Positions 56,273 through 64,000 of a DNA stretch of 64,000 nucleotides are shown piece by piece. The stretch comes from Octopus sinensis (taxonomy: Eukaryota), in the NCBI RefSeq assembly GCF_006345805.1, contig NC_043003.1, positions 44,082,001-44,146,000 on the forward strand, given 5' to 3'. Position numbers and translations under genes: made by a program. Position 1 is the stretch's first letter, and every line of letters starts with the position of its first letter. Under the pieces are notes generated by a model. That model worked only from the letters and a program-made list of their open reading frames with translations, searched no databases and was not told the origin of the DNA.

Positions 56273-56764
56273 TAACTAAAAAAATGTATGATAGATTGCA
56301 GTCAATTCATTCTCTCTTACCTGTTTGTGTCTGCCTTCCAAATGCTGTTTTTACTGAGATCTCCCTTTTTAGTAGAAGAAATAGCTATAACCCTTTGACT
56401 GCTATTTCTAAATTCGGTATGTGGTAAGGCAACTCGTTGCTAACCCTTATTGCTTAGTATTACTTAAATTTTCCTCGAATGAGGCTTTTACATGCCGAAG
56501 ACTACTTGGTGTAATTGATAATTTTTCCAAATTAATTAATTTCACCCTTCATTATTACGGATAACCATATTTTATCTCAGTAGATGACCACAGCATCTTG
56601 TTTTGGCTACACGCGGGTGGGAAGGGGCTGTTGACACAATCGTTTCATTCACAAATTGAATTCGGTGATACCAGTTGCGGATTCTAGCTCGCTCTGATAC
56701 TGAGTTGAGTTGGTGCCTTCTGGTATCTCAAAATTCAATATATAATCATTTATGATTATAGTAT

Positions 56765-56875
56765 TCTACGCTGAAGAGAAAAGAAGTTTCGGTAAGATAG
56801 AATTATTTATTTAATATTTAATATTTAATTCTTATGCTTTCCTTAAAACTTGATTTCGAAACGTACGTCCGTGGA
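56765..56875 (+). ncRNA. Type I hammerhead motif, unit 2
   Basis: tctacg-CTGAAGA-gaaa..~80-nt stem II..tttc-GAAA-cgtacg-TC-cgtgga; predicted GUC^ after 56869. Confidence 0.83.
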
Positions 56876-57366
56876 TAACTAAAAAAATGTATGATAGATT
56901 GCAGTCAATTCATTCTCTCTTACCTGTTTGTGTCTGCCTTCCAAATGCCGTTTTTACTGAGATCTCCCTTTTTAGTAGAAGAAATAGCTATAACCCTTTG
57001 ACTGCTATTTCTAAATTCGGTATGTGGTAAGGCAACTCGTTGCTAAACCCTTATGCTTAGTATTACTTAATTTTCCTCGAATGAGGCTTTTACATGCCGA
57101 AGACTACTTGGTGTAATTGATAATTTTTCCAAATTAATTAATTTCACCCTTCATTATTACGGATAACCATATTTTATCTCAGTAGATGACCACAGCATCT
57201 TGTTTTGGCTACACGCGGGTGGGAAGGGGCTGTTGAGACAATCGTTTCATTCACAAATTGAATTCGGTGATACCAGTTGCGGATTCTAGCTCGCTCTGAT
57301 ACTGAGTTGAGTTGGTGCCTTCTGGTATCTCAAAATTCAATATATAATCATTTATGATTATAGTAT

Positions 57367-57479
57367 TCTACGCTGAAGAGAAAAGAAGTTTCGGTAAGAT
57401 AGAATTATTTATTATTTAATATTTAATATTAATTCTTATGCTTTCCTTAAAACTTGATTTCGAAACGTACGTCCGTGGA
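57367..57479 (+). ncRNA. Type I hammerhead motif, unit 3
   Basis: Same motif; predicted cleavage after 57473. Confidence 0.83.
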
Positions 57480-57968
57480 TAACTAAAAAAATGTATGATA
57501 GATTGCAGTCAATTCATTCTCTCTTACCTGTTTGTGTCTGCCTTCCAATGCTGTTTTTACTGAGATCTCCCTTTTTAGTAGAAGAAATAGCTATAACCCT
57601 TTGACTGCTATTTCTAATTCGGTATGTGGTAAGGCAACTCGTTACTAAACCCTTATTGCTTAGTATTACTTAAATTTTCCTCGAATGAGGCTTTTACATG
57701 CCGAAGACTACTTGGTGTAATTGATAATTTTTCCAAATTAATTAATTTCACCCTTCATTATACGGATAACCATATTTTATCTCAGTAGATGACCACAGCA
57801 TCTTGTTTTGGCTACACGCGGGTGGGAAGGGGCTGTTGACACAATCGTTTCATTCACAAATTGAATTCGGTGATACCAGTTGCGGATTCTAGCTCGCTCT
57901 GATACTGAGTTGAGTTGGTGCCTTCTGGTATCTCAAAATTCAATATATAATCATTTATGATTATAGAT

Positions 57969-58075
57969 TCTACGCTGAAGAGAAAAGAAGTTTCGGTAAG
58001 ATAGAATTATATAATATTTAAATTTTAATTCTCATGCTTTCCTTAAAACTTGATTTCGAAACGTACGTCCGTGGA
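57969..58075 (+). ncRNA. Type I hammerhead motif, unit 4
   Basis: Same motif; predicted cleavage after 58069. Confidence 0.83.
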
Positions 58076-58441
58076 TAACTAAAAAAATGTATGATAGATT
58101 GCAGTCAATTCATTCTCTCTTACCTGTTTGTGTCTGCCTTCCAAATGCTGTTTTTACTGAGATCTCCCTTTTTAGTAGAAGAAATAGCTATAACCCTTTG
58201 ACTGCTATTTCTAAATTCGGTATGTGGTAAGGCAACTCGTTGCTAAACCCTTATTGCTTAGTATTACTTAAATTTTCCTCGAATGAGGCTTTTACATGCC
58301 GAAGACTACTTGGTGTAATTGATAATTTTTTCCAAAAATTAATTTCCCTTCATTATTACGGATATATATATATATATTATATATATATATATATATATGT
58401 GTGTGTGGTGGTGTGTGTGTGTGTGTGTGTCTGTGTGTGAA

Positions 58442-58756
58442 GGCGCATGGCTCAGTGGTTAGAGCGCCGAGCTTAGGATCGCGAGGTTGTGAGTTCGAAT
58501 CCCGGACCGAGCTGCGTGTTGTGTACTTGTGCAAGACACTTATTTTCACGTTCTTCCAGTTCACTCAGCTGTAGAAATGTGTTGCGATGTCACACGTCCC
58601 AAGCTGAATCGGCCTTTACCTTGCCCTTGGATAATACTGGTGGCGAGGAGAGGGGAGGCCGGTATGCATGGGCGACTGCTGGTCTTCCATAAACAACCTT
58701 GCCCGGACTTGCACCTCGGAGGGTAACTTTCTAGGTGTAATCCCACGGTCAGTCAT
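58442..58756 (+). mobile_element. tRNA-derived SINE (family A)
   Basis: A box tggctcagtgg, B box gttcgaatcc; homologous to 12800-13130. Confidence 0.9.
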
Positions 58757-58771
58757 ATATATATATATATA

Positions 58772-59185
58772 CTCTTTTACTCTTTACTCTTTTACTTGTT
58801 TCAGTCATTTGACTGCTACCATGATGGAGCACCGCCTTTAGTCGAGCAAATCGACCCCGGGGCTTATTCTTTGTAAGCCCAGTACTTATTCTATCGGTCT
58901 TTTTTGCCGAACCGCTAATTGACGGGGACGTAAACACACCAGCATCGGTTGTCAAGCAATGCTAGGGGGACAAACACAGACACACAAACATACACACATA
59001 TATATATATATATACATATATACGACGGGCTTCTTTCAGTTTCCGTCTACCAAATCCACTCACAAGGCATTGGTCGGCCCGGGGCTATAGCAGAAGACAC
59101 TTGCCCAAGATGCTACGCAGTGGGGCTGAGCCCGAAACCATGTGGTTCGTTAGCAAGCTACTTACCACACAGCCACTCCTGCGCC
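58772..59185 (-). mobile_element. SINE (family C)
   Basis: Reverse complement of 38998-39375, with an (actctttt)n tail. Confidence 0.88.
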
Positions 59186-59952
59186 TATATATATATATTT
59201 TTTAAGAATATATATATATACTTACAACAGACAAGACCCACACATACAGGGATAATTTGTAGAGTTCTCGTCATACATAAAATCACATCCACTACCTAAC
59301 GAGCGGAAGAACGTACACACGAATAGAAAAGCGTATGCCTACATGGCTGTATAGTTTAGTACATTTTTTTATGTTTGTATGCGTATGGATAGTTTTTTTG
59401 TTTGTTTTAGCATTGTGTGAATAATACATAAATATTTGTAATGTACTCCCGAGAAAAAACAAAAAATAAATATATAACTAGATAACAAGATGATATAGAT
59501 TGTGTACCAGGTAAAGCTTCGTTTGACTGACGCTCGTGTTATTTACTAGTTTGAGGAAGAAATTGGCGAGAAAAACACGTAACGTTATCCCTTATTTATC
59601 ATACCTTCTTGGCAGTGATGCAAGACATAATTAGATTGTGTTGTTCCTCTTGTTTCCAGTGCTGTTTCTGATGATTAAGGTGCAAATGATCGTGCTGGTG
59701 TTGCTGACAATGATGCTGATGTCGACAACTACGTTGATGCTGATGTGATGGTGGTGTGATGGTGGTGATTGGTTACAAAAGTCGGATGATAATGATGATG
59801 ATGATGATGATGTAGCGTCGATGGGGGTGATGATAATTGTGGTGGTGCTGGTGATGGTAATGATGACGCTCATGATTAAGATGAGTAGGCGGAGAATGAA
59901 GATGAGGATGACGTCACCGACGGTCATGACGGCGAAAATGATAGTACATTTG

Positions 59953-60342
59953 TACTTGTTTCAGTCATTTGATTGTGGCCATGCTGGAGCACCGCCTTTA
60001 GTCGAGCAAATCGACCACAGGTCTTATTCTTAGTAAGCCTAGTACTTATTCTATCGGACCCTTTCGCCGAACCGATAAGTTACGGGAACATAAACACACC
60101 ACCATCGGTTGCCAAACGATGCTGGGGAGGGTCAAACACAGACGCATAAACATATATATAAATATATAAATATATACATATATACGACAGGCTTCTTTCA
60201 GTTTCCGTCTACCAAATCCACTCACAAGGCTTTGGTCGGCCCAAGGCTATATTAAAAGACACCAACCCAAGGTGTCACGCAGTGGAAATGAACCCGGAAA
60301 TATGTGGTTGGTAAGCAAGCTACTTTCCACACAGCCACTTCT
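59953..60342 (-). mobile_element. SINE (family C)
   Basis: Direct homologue of 58772-59185. Confidence 0.88.
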
Positions 60343-61779
60343 GATAGTGATCATTATGTACAGAAGTCGCAGTTGGTGGATGGTGTGGGATTATTACAAT
60401 GAGGATATTGATTAGAAAATTTGGTTTGTATTATAACTGGTCATGATAACAATGCTTTTATTGCAAAGATTTGAATGAAAAAAAATATATGATATATAGA
60501 AAATAAATTAAAACGAGCAAGCAACTTCCAAAAACATAACCTTCCTCATTAGCAACAATGGTACGAATGACCACAATGACCGTATGGGTAAAAAAACATT
60601 TCTACTATTCTTAAGCTTTGGGAGCGGTCGCCTGCCGTTTACATTGTACCCAGTGCTGAAGTCGTGCATATTTCATCTACACGAAACAATGAAGAATCAT
60701 CCTCTGCGTAATTTGATCTAAGAAGACAACACCAAAAGAAAGCATTTCACCTGGCACCTTAACAACCATGACAACAAGACAACAATATTAAAATTAACAA
60801 CAACAAGATAAATAATGAAAACAATCTTTTTTACTAAAGCTACGAAGCCTGTAATTGTGGGGAGAGGCTACTCGATGTCATCGACCTCAGTGTTTCACCT
60901 GTATTTAGTTTATCTTTATATATATATATCTAGTACATATGTGGAAAATCGGTGTGTGTTTGTTTGTGGCATTGTTAGCTAACTTCTCCTACATAGTTTT
61001 CTTTATTTTGATGAGACTTGGCACACGAGTAGATCTCACGACTCGAAACCTCGTGACATACTTAGATTGCTGAGAAAATCGATAATACAGCCCCTGGTAG
61101 TGACCATTATATCTACCTAATTTTTTTAAGCACCCAAGAGAAATTACCCATAGCATATGAACACATTTTTTAAAACACTCATGGGAAATAATCCATTTCA
61201 TTGTTTATGTGCTATTACCTAGTATATTGAATTTTTGTGTGTCCAATTTCTAATTTTGCAGACAATATCATTTTATTTGACACTGAATAGAACTCATGTC
61301 TGAAAACCTCGTGACATACTTAGATTGTTGAAAAAATTCGATAACATGACTCCTCCAATGGATCCTACTATCTACTACTTATTACTAATATTTTATTTAA
61401 AGAGCCCAAGGGAAATAACCCATAACACCTGCAGTTTTTAGCGAAGCGATAAATGTTTGATTCTCGTGATCAGCCGAACTAATTGTGCATTTCACTACTC
61501 ATATTTTTGAACTGCTAAACAATATTATTGCTTGAATTACATTTTAGACGTTACTTTTGAATCTTAATTTGAATCTTAGACCTTAACGACTTCATTCATA
61601 CATTTCTAAACATACATACTTTTTTGAACGGTCATAACTTCGATATTTCTGCATTTTTACAGTTACACTTTTTCGATGACAGTAGATAAATTTTTTATTC
61701 CACAATGTATGTGTAGTGGCTTCATGCAGGCGTAGCGTGGCTTCGATACTTGATTACCAAATTTCCTTTAACACTTCAA

Positions 61780-62200
61780 AAGCACTTTCCTCACAGTAAA
61801 ACAATAGTTTTTCTGTGAAAGGCAGCAGTTATAGATTTCCCAGATGCCTTCGCTAAGCAGAATAATGTCTTTGCCACTTGACCCTTCTAACCTCTTCTAG
61901 GCCACCACTAGCTTGAATGGAGATAACAGTCCTCCAACGAAATCATCTGTTCTGAAGAATATGTCTATCCTCCTAGCTGATTTTCGATAGTTATAAAAAC
62001 AAGAACTCCATAAGCTAAAGGCAGTTACTGAGAGCGACCATCAGTGAGTGTGAACGTTATTATTGCACTATTCATAAAGTTCACTTTAAAAATTCCACGA
62101 CAAAGTCACAGTATTTTCTCACCAACCTCAGAAAACCTCTCTTGCTAACCTCCAACAATCTCTCCTCCTCCAGGTGACATTTTTTCGTTCTTTTTCGCGA
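61780..62200 (-). mobile_element. Possible ancient L1/Tx1-like endonuclease fragment
   Basis: Minus-strand RRIDIFF and EGIWEIYN resemble the SRIDY and GxWKLN motifs; weak. Confidence 0.3.
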
Positions 62201-62390
62201 CGGAAAATACACCTTTTGTGGCACTTACAACGAAATTGCTTTCTTATAGCAGAGCATATCAAATATACCAACAGTTGGGACAAATGCACACACAGGAGTG
62301 GTGATTTGAAGCACCCAGTCTGAGGATATCAGAAAGACCTTGGTGGTGCTCCCGCATGACCACATGGTTGAAACGAGTAAAAGAGTAAAA

Positions 62391-62474
<84 letters not shown>

Positions 62475-63172
62475 ATATATACACATTGATACATACATAC
62501 ATGCATGCATATAATATATATGTATGTATGTATATATATATATATATATACACACATTTACACATTGATACATGCACACACACACACACACACATACACA
62601 CACACACACACACACACTGTGTCTCACGGTGCAGGTAGCAATATATATTACTAGCAATAAGAGCTACAAAATCTTCAAAAATGAGTGAGATGATCAGACT
62701 TCGTAAAGACTCACTTAATTTTGCGACTAGGATGGGCTTTATTTCCTATGTCTAACAATGTATTTGTTTCCCTGTACCGTCTGTCAGAATTAGTGGCAAC
62801 CGAATTCTTTGTTGGTTTTATATTTCTTAGTGCCACCTTCGTTATATTGTAATTTTCGCATTTTCATCTTCCTATATCATCCATTGATTCATACGGAAAA
62901 TACTATATTCTAACAGTCAGGATTTGATCAAACCATTCGGCGTCGGAACACTTATCGCTGACAAGCTTTAATTTCAAGCGAAACTTGAATTCTAGTATGA
63001 TGATGTAGCCCACCTAAGAGCGCATAGCTCCTCTCTCAGCTGTAGACCTGTCCTCCTTTGCGGCTGAGTGGGATTTCACCTCTTATTTCTAGCAATGTAG
63101 GTGCTACTATGCACCGTCTGTCACAATTAGTGACAATTGAATTATTTCTTTTGGTTTTATTTGTCTTATTGT

Positions 63173-63277
<105 letters not shown>

Positions 63278-64000
63278 AGGTATATGTCATGTAAGCACCT
63301 AAGTGTGGGCGTATTACACACACAACAACAACAACGTAGAGATGATGTTATTCCATTAACTTCGGATCTAGAAATGAAAAATCAACCCACAAGACGTTTG
63401 CCAAGTGGATTCCCCAGTGGAGGAAGTTGCTTAAGTTCAATGGAATTTGAGTTGACTCTAAAGTCCATAGCTTATACGTCATTGCTATCTGCTTACTCGT
63501 TTCAAAAGTAAACAATTTTTGAAAAAAGGCGAATTGATTTTGGAAAGAATTGTTTTTGCAATGGTGATCAATATCACGACAATGATGATATTGCCGATGA
63601 TCTTATTCCAACTAGTGCAGGCTTCTATAGATAATGTTAACAAAACATAGAAATGAGGTTATAAAACATGTTTATCTATAAGCATGGTAAGTCTAACAAT
63701 CTACGTACTTATGGATTTTACTGGTATGTATATTGCATGATATATGTTGTGTGAGTGTATGTATAAACATGCGTTTTCCTGTATATATATGTCTGTGTAA
63801 AAGAAACTGTGTGTGCAGGGTATATATATGTATTTGCTGTGTGCTTGATTTTGCATAGATGCATTTATAGAAAACACTAATATCTAATTTCATACACTGA
63901 AACATAATGATAACAAAAGATATACAAAACTGATATCTATGTAGGTATGTATCTATAAAAGCGTACACACACAAACACACACACACACACACACACACAC

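Larger units (their letters stand above)
55687..58364 (+). mobile_element. ORF-less retrozyme-like array: inverted partial unit plus four ~600-bp tandem units, in (TA)n
   Basis: Inverted part 55687-56019; direct units start at 56019, 56616, 57218 and 57821; one hammerhead motif in each. Confidence 0.92.

Noticed and set aside
55687-58364. CRISPR array or plain satellite interpretation of the tandem array
   Set aside because: The units are ~600 bp with no unique spacers and the DNA is eukaryotic; the inverted first unit and per-unit hammerhead point to a retro-derived array.

Overview
AT-rich, microsatellite-dense animal DNA in which I find no host gene. The SINE and microsatellite landscape suggests an octopus or other coleoid cephalopod, but that is an inference. 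Almost all listed ORFs are microsatellite artefacts or transposon relics: CR1-group LINEs, an R4/Dong-type LINE in (TAA)n, L1/Tx1-like fragments, piggyBac, mariner/Tc1 fragments and four tRNA-SINE families. The notable layer is a set of small elements inserted mostly in (TA)n tracts that carry minimal type I hammerhead ribozyme motifs (stem I-CUGA(A/U)GA-stem II-GAAA-palindromic stem III-NUH-stem I'). They share a fold-back architecture: an inverted partial copy, a main copy and a short unpaired 3' tail. The best case is an ORF-less array of four ~600-bp head-to-tail units plus one inverted partial unit (55687-58364), with one hammerhead per unit, like a retrozyme. One hammerhead family is physically joined to a degenerate GIY-YIG endonuclease with a CxCx5Cx5C linker (Penelope-like element, Hydra-type), a candidate for the mobilising machinery. 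All folds were read by eye and no ribozyme activity has been shown.
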